Source of the DNA: Frankiales bacterium | GTDB taxonomy: Bacteria > Actinomycetota > Actinomycetes > Mycobacteriales > SCTD01 | Assembly (NCBI GenBank): GCA_025965475.1 | Contig: JAOPWV010000147.1 | Span: forward strand, 3,617-67,616 | Direction of reading: 5' to 3' | Length of the DNA stretch: 64,000 bases | In this document: in pieces, positions 17,196 to 25,590 of the stretch | Numbering within the stretch: position 1 is the first letter of the stretch | Layout of the letters: each line of letters opens with the position of its first letter | Notes under the pieces: generated by a model | Seen by the model: the letters and a program-made list of their open reading frames with translations, nothing else | Database searches by the model: none | Told to the model about the DNA's origin: nothing | Translations under genes and position numbers: made by a program

Positions 17196-18611
17196 TCAGC
17201 CCCGGAGCCGGGCCATCCAGGCCTCGACCTCGTCGGGATGCCGCGGCAGGGCCGCCGACAGGTTCCGGCAGCCGTCCTCGGTGATGACGATGTCGTCCTC
17301 GATGCGGACCCCGATCCCGCGCAGGTCCTCCGGCACGGTCAGGTCGTCCGGCTGGAAGTACAGCCCGGGCTCGACGGTGAGGACGTATCCGGGAGCCAGG
17401 GTGCCCTTCGCGTACATCTCACGCCGCGCGTGGGCGCAGTCGTGGACGTCGATGCCGAGCATGTGGCTCACGCCGTGCAGGGTGTAGCGGCGGTAGAGCT
17501 GGCTGTCCTCGGCCAAGGCGGCCTCGGCGCTGTCGAGAACACCCATCCGCTCGAGACCCTGCGCCAGGACTCGCATGGCCGCGCGGTGCGGGTCCAGGAA
17601 GTCCGCCCCCGGCCGGCAGGCCGCGATGGCGGCCTCCTGCGCCTCGTAGACCAGCAGGTAGACCTCGCGCTGCCGGTCGGTGAAGGTGCCGTTGACCGGC
17701 AGCGTGCGGGTGACGTCGGCGGTGTACAGCTCGTGGCCCTCCACCCCCATGTCGAGCAGCACGAGCTCGCCCTCGCGTACCGGCCCGTCGTTGTCGGTCC
17801 AGTGCAGGATGCAGGCGTGGCTGCCCGCCGCGCAGATCGAGCCGTAGCCGACGTCGTTGCCGTCGACCCGGGCGCGCAGGCCGAAGACACCCTCGATCCA
17901 GCGCTCGCTGGACTCCACGGCGGCCGGCATCGCGCGGACGACGTCCTCGAAACCGGTGACGGTGGCGTCCACGGCCTCCTGCAGCTGGCCGATCTCGTGC
18001 TCGTCCTTGACCAGCCGCAGCTCGGACAGGAAGGTTGCGAGCTCCGCGTCCTCGTCGGGGCCGCCAGCCACCAGCGCCTCGATGCCGGCGTCGTACCCGC
18101 GCAGCACCCGCGCCCGGGTCCCTTCCGGCAGCACCTTGGGCAGCTCCTCGAGCGGGCGGGCCTCGATCCCGAGCAGCGCACTGGTGGCGGCCAGCGTCGG
18201 ACGCGGGCCGACCCAGAGCTCGCCGTACATCCGGTCGGTGAAGAACGCCGGCGTCGAGCGGTCCATCGACGGCGCCTGGAACAGCGTCGCCTCACCCTGC
18301 GGGTCGACCACCAGGACGGCGTCGGGCTCGTGCGAGCCGACCAGGTAGGCGAACTCGGTACCCGCACGGAACCGGAACTCGGTGTCGTTGGCCCGCGTCC
18401 GGTAACCGCCGGTCGGCACGACCAGCCACTCGCCGGGGAACCGCTCGGCCAGCGCGGCCCGGCGGCGGGCGCGGTACGGCGCGCTCGGATGCTGCTGCGG
18501 CGGCACCTCCTCCCGCGGGGCCCAGCCGGTGCTCATGAACTCCAGCAGCGCGGCCGGCCGGTCCGGGTCGTGGCTGGCGGTGCCCGGCGGTTCCTGCGGG
18601 GTCTCACTCAT
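17196..18611 (-). CDS. Xaa-Pro aminopeptidase (M24B family)
   Basis: N-terminal creatinase-like domain plus the pita-bread core: LLDMGVEGHELYTADVTRT, HGVSHMLGIDVHD, LTVEPGLY, GIGVRIEDD. Start set at MSETPQE (ATG 18611). Confidence 0.85.
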   Translation of the reverse strand: MSETPQEPPGTASHDPDRPAALLEFMSTGWAPREEVPPQQHPSAPYRARRRAALAERFPGEWLVVPTGGYRTRANDTEFRFRAGTEFAYLVGSHEPDAVLVVDPQGEATLFQAPSMDRSTPAFFTDRMYGELWVGPRPTLAATSALLGIEARPLEELPKVLPEGTRARVLRGYDAGIEALVAGGPDEDAELATFLSELRLVKDEHEIGQLQEAVDATVTGFEDVVRAMPAAVESSERWIEGVFGLRARVDGNDVGYGSICAAGSHACILHWTDNDGPVREGELVLLDMGVEGHELYTADVTRTLPVNGTFTDRQREVYLLVYEAQEAAIAACRPGADFLDPHRAAMRVLAQGLERMGVLDSAEAALAEDSQLYRRYTLHGVSHMLGIDVHDCAHARREMYAKGTLAPGYVLTVEPGLYFQPDDLTVPEDLRGIGVRIEDDIVITEDGCRNLSAALPRHPDEVEAWMARLRG

Positions 18612-18678
18612 GGCCTCGAGGGTACGACGGGCCCCCACGCCGCGCGCTCCCGCAACGTCTGCTCCGCCCCGCCCATCC

Positions 18679-18728
18679 CTTGCGTCCGGGTGACCGTGGC
18701 TCGGGAGCCACCTCTACCCGGACGCAAG
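18679..18728. repeat. Nested-palindrome intergenic repeat, copy A
   Basis: cTTGCGTCCGGGTgaccGTGGCTCggGAGCCACctctACCCGGACGCAAg. A 12-bp outer inverted repeat encloses a 7+2+7 palindrome. Confidence 0.9.
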
Positions 18729-18753
18729 ACGGAACCTCCGTCCCCAGCCCGCG

Positions 18754-18802
18754 CTGCGTCCGGGTCATCGTGGCTCAGGAGCCACAGGTGCCCGGACGCA
18801 AG
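18754..18802. repeat. Nested-palindrome intergenic repeat, copy B
   Basis: CTGCGTCCGGGTcatcGTGGCTCagGAGCCACaggtgCCCGGACGCAAG, 25 bp after copy A. Confidence 0.9.
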
Positions 18803-18862
18803 GTGGCGGGAGGCGGGGTACGGCGGCCGGCGGCGGAGGGGCGGGCGCAGACACGCGCCAGG

Positions 18863-19630
18863 TCAGCGGCCCTTCCACCGCGGGGTGCGCTTGTCCAGGA
18901 ACGCCCCGACGCCCTCGGCGGCGTCCTCGGTCGTGTTCAGCAGCGACAGCTGGGCCTGCATGGCGTCGAGCCCGACCTCCAGCGTGCTGTCCATCGCCGC
19001 GAGGAACGCCCGCTTGCCGAGGCGTACGGCGACCGGCGGCTTGGCCGCCAACGCGGACACCAGCGCCTGCGTCTCCGCCGTCAACTCGGCGGCCGGGACC
19101 ACCCGGGACAGCAGGCCCATCTCCAGCGCCTCCGCGGCGGGCACCCGGCGCCCGGACAGCATCATCTCCATGGCCCGCTTCGGGCTCACATGGCGGCCGA
19201 GCAGCGCACTGACCATGAACGGCCACAGGCCGAGGTCGACCTCCGGCAGCCCGAAGGCGGCGGTGTCCGCGGCCAGGGCGAGGTCGCAGCCGAGCACCAG
19301 GCCGACCCCGCCGGCGAGGCACAGCCCCTGCACCGCCGCGACGACGGGCACCGGGCAGTCGCGCATCGCGAGGATGACCTCGCGGAGCAGGCCGCGGCCC
19401 TCGTGCACCTCGAGGCCGGTCGCGTCCGGAGCCATCTGGACCAGATCGGCCCCGGCGCTGAAGACCTTGTCGCCGGCGCTGGTGACGAGCACGACGCGGG
19501 CGTCGCCCGGCGCCCGCAGGGCGTCGAGCATGCCGCGCAGCGCCTCACCGCTGAGTGCGTTGCGCTTGGCCTCACGGTCGAGGTGCAGCCGCAGGACGCC
19601 GCCGTCCCGGGAGACCACCAGGTCGCTCAT
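18863..19630 (-). CDS. Enoyl-CoA hydratase/isomerase (crotonase) family protein
   Basis: RNALSGEAL, VVLVTSAGDKVFSAGADL, VPVVAAVQGLCLAGGVGLVLGCDL. The start overlaps the upstream BC gene stop (ATGA). Confidence 0.85.
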   Translation of the reverse strand: MSDLVVSRDGGVLRLHLDREAKRNALSGEALRGMLDALRAPGDARVVLVTSAGDKVFSAGADLVQMAPDATGLEVHEGRGLLREVILAMRDCPVPVVAAVQGLCLAGGVGLVLGCDLALAADTAAFGLPEVDLGLWPFMVSALLGRHVSPKRAMEMMLSGRRVPAAEALEMGLLSRVVPAAELTAETQALVSALAAKPPVAVRLGKRAFLAAMDSTLEVGLDAMQAQLSLLNTTEDAAEGVGAFLDKRTPRWKGR

Positions 19631-20964
19631 CGGGCAGCCCGCATCCGCTCGACCAGCCCGGTGTCGTACGCGCCAGTGACGAACTCCTCGTTCGCGAGCA
19701 GCTCCGCGAAGAACGGCAGGTTCACCTTCGGGCCCTCGACGGCGAACCCGGCCACGGCCTCGCGGGCCCGGCCCAGGGCCTCGTCGCGGGTCGGTGCCCA
19801 GACCGCCAGCTTCGCGAGCAGCGGGTCGTAGAACGGCGTGACCGTGTCACCTTCCCGGTAGCCGGCGTCGACCCGGACGCCCTCCCCCGACGGCTCCTCC
19901 CAGCGGGTGATCGTGCCCGGCCCCGGGAGGAAGCGGATCGGGTCCTCGGCGTACACCCGCAGCTCGATCGCGTGGCCGGACGGCTCGACCGCGACGTCGT
20001 AGGACGGCCCCTCGCCGGCCGCCACGAGCAGCTGCTGCTCGACCAGGTCGACGCCGGTGACCAGCTCGGTCACCGGGTGCTCGACCTGCAGCCGGGTGTT
20101 CATCTCGAGGAAGACGAACTCGTCTCCCGAGACGAGGCACTCCACGGTGCCGGCGTTGCGGTAGCCGACGGCCTCGCCGGCCCGCACGGCGGCGGCCAGC
20201 ATCCGCGCGCGCAGCTCGGGGCCGACGCCGGGCGACGGGCTCTCCTCGGCCACCTTCTGGTGCCGGCGCTGCACCGAGCAGTCCCGCTCGCCGAGGGTGA
20301 CGACGCGGCCGTCGTTCAGCCCGAGCACCTGGACCTCGACGTGCCGGGCCCGGTCCAGGTACCGCTCGAGCAGGATCGCCGGGGAGCCGAAGAACCGCTC
20401 GGCGCGGGTCCAGGCCGTCTCGAACGCCTTCCGCAGGCCGGCCTCGTCGTATGCGACGCCCATCCCGATGCCGCCGCCACCAGCCGCGGCCTTGACCATG
20501 ACCGGGAAGCCGATCTCGCGGGCCGCGGCGACCGCGGCCTCGACGTCGGCCAGTGGCTCCGCGGTGCCGGCGGCCACCGGCACCCCGGCCGCCCGCACGG
20601 CGTTGCGCGCGTTGATCTTGTCGCCCATCCGCTCCATGGCGTCCGGCGACGGGCCGATCCACGTGAGCCCCGCGTCGAGGACGGCCTGGGCGAAGCCGGC
20701 GTTCTCGGCCAGGAAACCGTAGCCGGGGTGGATCGCCTGGGCGCCGGTCTGCCGCGCGGCCTCGAGCACCTTGCGCTGGTCCAGGTACGACTCGGCCGGC
20801 GCCGCCCCACCGAGCAGGACCGACTCGTCGGACTCCAGCGTGTGCAGGGCCCTGGCGTCCGCCTCGGAGTGGACGGTGACGGCCTTGATGCCGAGCCGCT
20901 GGCAGGTACGCACGACCCGGCGGGCGATCTCCCCACGGTTGGCCACGAGGACGGTGTCGAACAC
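19627..20964 (-). CDS. Biotin carboxylase (AccC-like, BC domain only; no BCCP domain)
   Basis: MFDTVLVANRGEIARRVVRTCQ, GYGFLAENAGFA, MVKAAAGGGGIGM, FLEMNTRLQVEHPVTE. It ends at 445 aa straight after the BC C-terminal domain. Confidence 0.88.
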   Translation of the reverse strand: MFDTVLVANRGEIARRVVRTCQRLGIKAVTVHSEADARALHTLESDESVLLGGAAPAESYLDQRKVLEAARQTGAQAIHPGYGFLAENAGFAQAVLDAGLTWIGPSPDAMERMGDKINARNAVRAAGVPVAAGTAEPLADVEAAVAAAREIGFPVMVKAAAGGGGIGMGVAYDEAGLRKAFETAWTRAERFFGSPAILLERYLDRARHVEVQVLGLNDGRVVTLGERDCSVQRRHQKVAEESPSPGVGPELRARMLAAAVRAGEAVGYRNAGTVECLVSGDEFVFLEMNTRLQVEHPVTELVTGVDLVEQQLLVAAGEGPSYDVAVEPSGHAIELRVYAEDPIRFLPGPGTITRWEEPSGEGVRVDAGYREGDTVTPFYDPLLAKLAVWAPTRDEALGRAREAVAGFAVEGPKVNLPFFAELLANEEFVTGAYDTGLVERMRAAR

Positions 20965-21011
20965 GCGGTCTCCCTCCCGGGTTGCAGACGGTCGAGCGGG
21001 ACACTAGCGAG

Positions 21012-21605
21012 ATGCTGCTCGCCCTGGCCGGGCTCCTGGCCGCCGTGCTCGTGGGGCTGCTCCGCGGCGGCGACCTGAGCCGGCTCGGACAGCTGCACCT
21101 GCGGAGCCGCCGGATGGTCTGGGCCGCACTGGCTACGCAGTTCGCCGGCGGGATCGTCGGCGGGCCCGTCTACGTCGTCGGGCTGGTGCTGTCGGCGGCA
21201 CTGGTGGCGGTCTTCCTGTCCGGCAACCGGGGCATCCGGGGCACCGGCCTCGTCGCGCTGGGGCTGGTCGCGAACGCGTTGGTCGTCGGCCTCAACGGGG
21301 CGATGCCGGTCTCGGTCACCGCCGCCGCCCGGGCCGGCGTCTCGACCCTGGACGTCCTCAGCGGGGCCGACCCGCGGCACGAGATCGCCGGCGACAGCAC
21401 CCGGTTGCCCTGGCTGGGCGACGTCATCGCGGTGCCCGCACCGGTACGGGCGGAGGTCGTGAGCCCCGGTGACGTCCTGGTCGCGGCCGGCCTGGCCCAG
21501 CTCGTGGTGCTCGGTATGGGCAGCCGCGGCCGGTCGCAGGGCAGGCACGGCGAGGGGCGGCTGTCGCGCCGCACCCCGGGGATGCCGAACGGGCCACAAG
21601 CTTGA
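21012..21605 (+). CDS. DUF5317-like integral membrane protein
   Basis: Polytopic protein. LVANALVVGLNGAMPV and LPWLGDVIAVPAP..VVSPGDVLVAAG are typical of this family as I remember it. Confidence 0.6.
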   Translation: MLLALAGLLAAVLVGLLRGGDLSRLGQLHLRSRRMVWAALATQFAGGIVGGPVYVVGLVLSAALVAVFLSGNRGIRGTGLVALGLVANALVVGLNGAMPVSVTAAARAGVSTLDVLSGADPRHEIAGDSTRLPWLGDVIAVPAPVRAEVVSPGDVLVAAGLAQLVVLGMGSRGRSQGRHGEGRLSRRTPGMPNGPQA

Positions 21606-21669
21606 GCGCTCCATGCTCAACTTGAATTGTGTGCGACCCTGTTGGTCGCCGTCACAAGGAGGACCCGCC

Positions 21670-21744
21670 ATGGCCAAGAGAGGCCGCAAGCGCCGCGGGC
21701 GCAAGAAGAACGCCGCCAACCACGGCAAGCGCCCCAACGCCTAG
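21670..21744 (+). CDS. Ribosomal protein bL37 (24-aa actinobacterial microprotein)
   Basis: MAKRGRKRRGRKKNAANHGKRPNA. AGGAGG lies 7 nt upstream. It matches my memory of the bL37 peptide seen in mycobacterial ribosome structures. Confidence 0.75.
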   Translation: MAKRGRKRRGRKKNAANHGKRPNA

Positions 21745-22754
21745 ACCCGTTGGTTCGAGGAGCCCCCGCCCATCCGGGTCGGGGGCTTCTTGCTGTCCGC
21801 GAACGGTCCGACCGGGCCGACCGTCCCGCGGACCCAGTCGACGGTGCTCCGCAGGCCGTCCGACAGCGACGTGAACGGCTCCCAGCCCAGGGCCCGCCGG
21901 ATCCCGCCGTTCTCCAGCGTGATCGCCTGCAGTTCCCCGCGCCGCGCCGGCCGGAACTCCGGCGTGTCCGGCGTCCCGACGGCCTCCGCCAGCAACGTGT
22001 GCAGCCCGCGGACCGTCGTGCCGACGCCGGTCCCGACGTTCAGCCGCCGGCATCGGCCGGCCTCGCCGAGCGCCCTGACGAACGCGTCCACGACGTCGTC
22101 GACGTACACGTAGTCGCGTTCGGCCGTGCCGTCGCCGAACACCAGCGTGGGCCGGCCGGCGAGCAGGGCCCGCGCGAAGATCGCCACCACGCCGGCCTCG
22201 CCGTGCGGGTCCTGCCGTGGCCCGTAGACGTTGCCGAGCGCGAGCGAGGTCCAGTCCAGCCCGTAGAGCCGGCCGTACGTCGCCAGGTAGGTCTCCGCCG
22301 CGGCCTTGGCGGCGCCGTACGGCGAGCACGGCATCAGGCCGGCCCGCTCGCCGACCGGCAGCTTGGCCGGCTGGCCGTAGATCGTGCCGCCGCTGCTGGC
22401 GAACACCACCTTGCGCACGCCCGCGCGCCGGGACGCCTCCAGCACGTTGACCGTGCCGAGGACGTTGACCCGGGCGTCGTACGTCGGGTCCGCGACGCTC
22501 TTGCGGACGTCCATCTGCGCGGCCAGGTGGCAGACGACCTCCGGACGCTCGTGCGCGACCAGGTCGCTCAGCGCCGGGTCGGCGACGTCGAACCGGGAGA
22601 AGCGGAACTCCTTGGCCCGGCGCGCCTCGGTGAGGTTGACCAGCGCGCCGGCCGACAGGTCGTCGAGGCCCACGACCTCGTGTCCCTCGGCCAGCAGGCG
22701 GTCGGTGAGATGGCTACCGATGAACCCCGCGACCCCGGTGACGAGAACCCTCAC
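21741..22754 (-). CDS. NAD-dependent epimerase/dehydratase (GalE-like paralogue)
   Basis: VRVLVTGVAGFIGSHL, SPYGAAKAA (YxxxK), GNVYGPRQ. The GTG start overlaps the galE stop (GTGA). The 665-aa track ORF merges this gene with shadow sequence of galE. Confidence 0.85.
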   Translation of the reverse strand: MRVLVTGVAGFIGSHLTDRLLAEGHEVVGLDDLSAGALVNLTEARRAKEFRFSRFDVADPALSDLVAHERPEVVCHLAAQMDVRKSVADPTYDARVNVLGTVNVLEASRRAGVRKVVFASSGGTIYGQPAKLPVGERAGLMPCSPYGAAKAAAETYLATYGRLYGLDWTSLALGNVYGPRQDPHGEAGVVAIFARALLAGRPTLVFGDGTAERDYVYVDDVVDAFVRALGEAGRCRRLNVGTGVGTTVRGLHTLLAEAVGTPDTPEFRPARRGELQAITLENGGIRRALGWEPFTSLSDGLRSTVDWVRGTVGPVGPFADSKKPPTRMGGGSSNQRV

Positions 22755-23710
22755 GGGTGGCGCCGCCGCCAGCCTGCCCAGGCGCTCTCCACCATCTCGG
22801 CCAGGTCCCGCGTGGCGCTGAAGCCGAGTCCGTCGCGGATGCGGTCGACGGCGGCGACCACCCGGGCCGGGTCGCCCGGACGCCGGTCGACGATCTCGGG
22901 CTTGGTGTCGCGGCCGGTCACGTCGCCGATGACGTCGAGCACCTCGAGCACCGAGGAGCCCTCGCCGCGGCCGATGTTGTAGGTCGCCGAGGCGGCTCCG
23001 TCGTCCAGCGCGCGGGCCGCGGCCAGGTGCGCGTCGGCGATGTCGGCGACGTGGACGTAGTCGCGGACGCAGGTGCCGTCCGGCGTCGGGTAGTCCCCGC
23101 CGAAGACCTGCGGGCGCTCCCCCGCGTCGAGGGCCCGGAACACCATCGGCACGAGGTTGAACACACCGGGGTCGCCGAGCTCGGGACGGGCGGCCCCGGC
23201 CACGTTGAAGTAGCGCAGCGCCATGGAGCGCAGGCCGAACGCCGTTGCGCAGTCCCGCATCAGCCACTCGCCGACCAGCTTGGTCTCGCCGTACGGGCTC
23301 AGCGGGACGGCGGGCGTGTCCTCGGTGACCATGTCGACGTCGGGCAGCCCGTACGTCGCGGCGCTCGAGGAGAAGACGAACCGGTCGATGCCGGCGTCCC
23401 GGGTGGCCTCCAGCAAGGTGCTCAGCCCGGTGAGGTTCTCCCGGTAGTAGAGCAGCGGGTCCGCGACGGATTCGCCGACCTGCTTCTTCGCGGCGATGTG
23501 CACGACGCCGGTGACCCCGTGCTCGCTGATCGTCCGGTCGAGCGCCGCGCGGTCGAGCACGCTCGCCACGACCAGCGGGGCGCCGTCCACCCGGGACGCG
23601 GCACCGGTCGACAGGTCGTCCAGTGCGACCACCTGCCGGCCGTCGGCCACCATCGCGCGCACCACGTGGGCGCCGATGTACCCCGCTCCGCCCGTCACCA
23701 GCCATGTCAT
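22751..23710 (-). CDS. galE: UDP-glucose 4-epimerase
   Basis: MTWLVTGGAGYIGAHV, SSSAATYG, SPYGETKLVGE, LRYFNVAGA, DYPTPDGTCVRDYVHVADIA. Confidence 0.88.
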   Translation of the reverse strand: MTWLVTGGAGYIGAHVVRAMVADGRQVVALDDLSTGAASRVDGAPLVVASVLDRAALDRTISEHGVTGVVHIAAKKQVGESVADPLLYYRENLTGLSTLLEATRDAGIDRFVFSSSAATYGLPDVDMVTEDTPAVPLSPYGETKLVGEWLMRDCATAFGLRSMALRYFNVAGAARPELGDPGVFNLVPMVFRALDAGERPQVFGGDYPTPDGTCVRDYVHVADIADAHLAAARALDDGAASATYNIGRGEGSSVLEVLDVIGDVTGRDTKPEIVDRRPGDPARVVAAVDRIRDGLGFSATRDLAEMVESAWAGWRRRHP

Positions 23711-23765
23711 GCGGCGAGGTTAACCGCCGGGGCTGCACGCCGGCCGGCAGCCGGCCGGCTTCGCG

Positions 23766-24050
23766 TCAGTCGACCCGGAACTCGACGTGCTCGATCTCGA
23801 GCCGGACTTCCTGGATCCGGATCATGACGCGTTGACGCAGCTCGGCCGGCGCGGGGTCGCCTCCGCAGGAGCGCGCGACCAGGGCCTTCACCGCCTGCTC
23901 GAGTCCGTACTGCCGCAGACAGGGCGCGCATTCGTCGAGGTGGTGGCGGACCTTGCCGTAGGAGTCGGCGTCCTGCTCACCGTCGAGGTAGAGGTAGACC
24001 TCGGCGAGGACCTCGCTGCACGGCGTCTCGTGCGGCTCGCCGCAGCTCAT
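23766..24050 (-). CDS. rshA: Zinc-associated (ZAS) redox-sensing anti-sigma factor RsrA/RshA
   Basis: [15 protein letters not shown]...[22 protein letters not shown] carries the HxxxCxxC ZAS motif. The start overlaps the sigma gene stop. Confidence 0.9.
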   Translation of the reverse strand: MSCGEPHETPCSEVLAEVYLYLDGEQDADSYGKVRHHLDECAPCLRQYGLEQAVKALVARSCGGDPAPAELRQRVMIRIQEVRLEIEHVEFRVD

Positions 24051-24784
24051 GCGTCGCCACCGGCCTCGGAGCCGGCCTTTACGAGGCCCCGCTCGACGGC
24101 GTAGTCCTCGAGCAGCTTCTTCAGCCCCCGGCGGCCCCGGTGGAGCCTGCTCATCACGGTGCCGATCGGCGTGCCCATGATCTCGGCGATCTCCTTGTAG
24201 GAGAAGCCTTCGACGTCGGCGAGGTAGACCGCCATCCGGAAGTCCTCGGGCAGCTGCTGGAGCGCGTCCTTGACGTCGCTGTCCGGCAAGTGGTCGAGCG
24301 CCTCCATCTCGGCGCTGCGCAGACCGGTGCTCTGGTGGGCCTCCGCCGACGCGAGCTGCCAGTCGGTGATCTCGTCGGTCGGAGACTGCTGCGGCTGGCG
24401 CTGCTTCTTGCGGTAGGTATTGATGAAGGTGTTCGTCAGGATGCGGTACAGCCAGGCCTTGAGGTTGGTGCCCTCCTGGAACTGGTGGAACGCGGCGAAC
24501 GCCTTGACGAACGTCTCCTGGACGAGGTCCTCGGCGTCCGACGGGTTACGCGTCATCCGCATCGCCGCGGCGTACAGCTGATCGAGGAACGGCAGCGCAT
24601 CGCGTTCGAACCGCGCGCTGCGCTGCTCGCTGGTCTCGGTCTCGACCGTGCCCACCACCTCAAGTTGCCCGTGCTCGCGAGCAACCGAGTCTACGCCGGA
24701 AGGTAATCCCGGCATCTCGGCGGGCGACCAGGGGGCAAACCGGACGCCCGCGCCTGACGGCGTAGCGGCTCCCAGGGCGAGCAT
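24047..24784 (-). CDS. sigH: ECF sigma factor SigH/SigR (long form; shorter forms possible from internal starts)
   Basis: [70 protein letters not shown] 24784 has GAGGAGG 4 nt upstream. An internal ATG at 24715 gives a ~222-aa form. Confidence 0.9.
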   Translation of the reverse strand: MLALGAATPSGAGVRFAPWSPAEMPGLPSGVDSVAREHGQLEVVGTVETETSEQRSARFERDALPFLDQLYAAAMRMTRNPSDAEDLVQETFVKAFAAFHQFQEGTNLKAWLYRILTNTFINTYRKKQRQPQQSPTDEITDWQLASAEAHQSTGLRSAEMEALDHLPDSDVKDALQQLPEDFRMAVYLADVEGFSYKEIAEIMGTPIGTVMSRLHRGRRGLKKLLEDYAVERGLVKAGSEAGGDA

Positions 24785-24816
24785 CCGACCTCCTCGTACG
24801 GCGTGTTGTCCGGTGC

Positions 24817-24843
24817 AACAACGCCCTTCGTACGGGCGATTCC
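24817..24843 (-). promoter_or_regulatory. SigR/SigH-type promoter candidate upstream of sigH (autoregulatory)
   Basis: Minus strand reads gGGAAT-N19-GTT (or N16-GTT), ~30-55 nt upstream of the long-form ATG. Confidence 0.45.
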
Positions 24844-24927
24844 CCGAACGGGTGACAAGACCGGCCCCGGGTGATGCCGACGCATGGTGGACCCGTGTCT
24901 GGCCCGGCCCGACGTAGGATCTGCCGC

Positions 24928-25590
24928 GTGGAAGGCCACCACCCGGCAGTCGAGCAGTACCTCGAGACGATCCTCGAGCTCGAAGAGTCCGGCATCGTCC
25001 CGCTGCGCGCCCGGATCGTGGAGCGCCTGGGTGTCTCCGCGCCCGCGGTCAGCGAGACGGTGAAGCGCCTGGAGCGTGAGGGCTACCTGACCCTCGACGC
25101 GGACCGGGTCATGCACCTCACCGCCACCGGCCGGGCCTACGCCACCTCGATGCTCCGCCGGCACCGGCTGGCCGAGCTCCTGCTCGTCGACATCCTCAAG
25201 GTGCCCTGGTCGCAGGTGCACGAGGAGGCCTGCCGGCTCGAACACGCGATCAGCCCGAGCCTCGAGGCACACCTGGTCACGCTGCTCGGCGACCCGGGCG
25301 CCTGCCCCCATGGCAACCCCATCCCCGGTTCCGTCAACGCCGTCGACCCCGGTCCGCTGCAGCCGCTGTCGACGGTGCAGGCCGGCTCGTCCTGCGTCGT
25401 CCGCCGGATCGACGAGAACCTGCAGACTCAGATCGACCACATGCGCGAGCTGGAGTCGGCGCACCTGCTGCCCGGCCAGAAGGTCACCGTGACCGCGGGT
25501 GCGGCCGGTACCGACCTCGACCTGCAGGTGGACGGTGTCGCGGTGACGCTCGAGCGCGTCGTCGCCGAGAACGTCTACGTCACGCTCTGA
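24928..25590 (+). CDS. DtxR/IdeR-family metal-dependent transcriptional repressor
   Basis: [64 protein letters not shown] (Cys/Glu/His metal site), GNPIPG, and a C-terminal SH3-like domain. GTG start chosen; ATG 24871 is possible. Confidence 0.85.
   Translation: MEGHHPAVEQYLETILELEESGIVPLRARIVERLGVSAPAVSETVKRLEREGYLTLDADRVMHLTATGRAYATSMLRRHRLAELLLVDILKVPWSQVHEEACRLEHAISPSLEAHLVTLLGDPGACPHGNPIPGSVNAVDPGPLQPLSTVQAGSSCVVRRIDENLQTQIDHMRELESAHLLPGQKVTVTAGAAGTDLDLQVDGVAVTLERVVAENVYVTL

Noticed and set aside
21741-23738. A single 665-aa ORF spanning both epimerase genes.
   Set aside because: Only the C-terminal 337 codons (from GTG 22754) read as an epimerase. The N-terminal part is a shadow frame of galE (22751-23710), which has its own clear frame and start.
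24785-24927. IdeR/DtxR iron box (TTAGGTTAGGCTAACCTAA-like) near the DtxR-family gene or elsewhere in the window.
   Set aside because: No convincing 19-bp palindrome of that type was found by eye.
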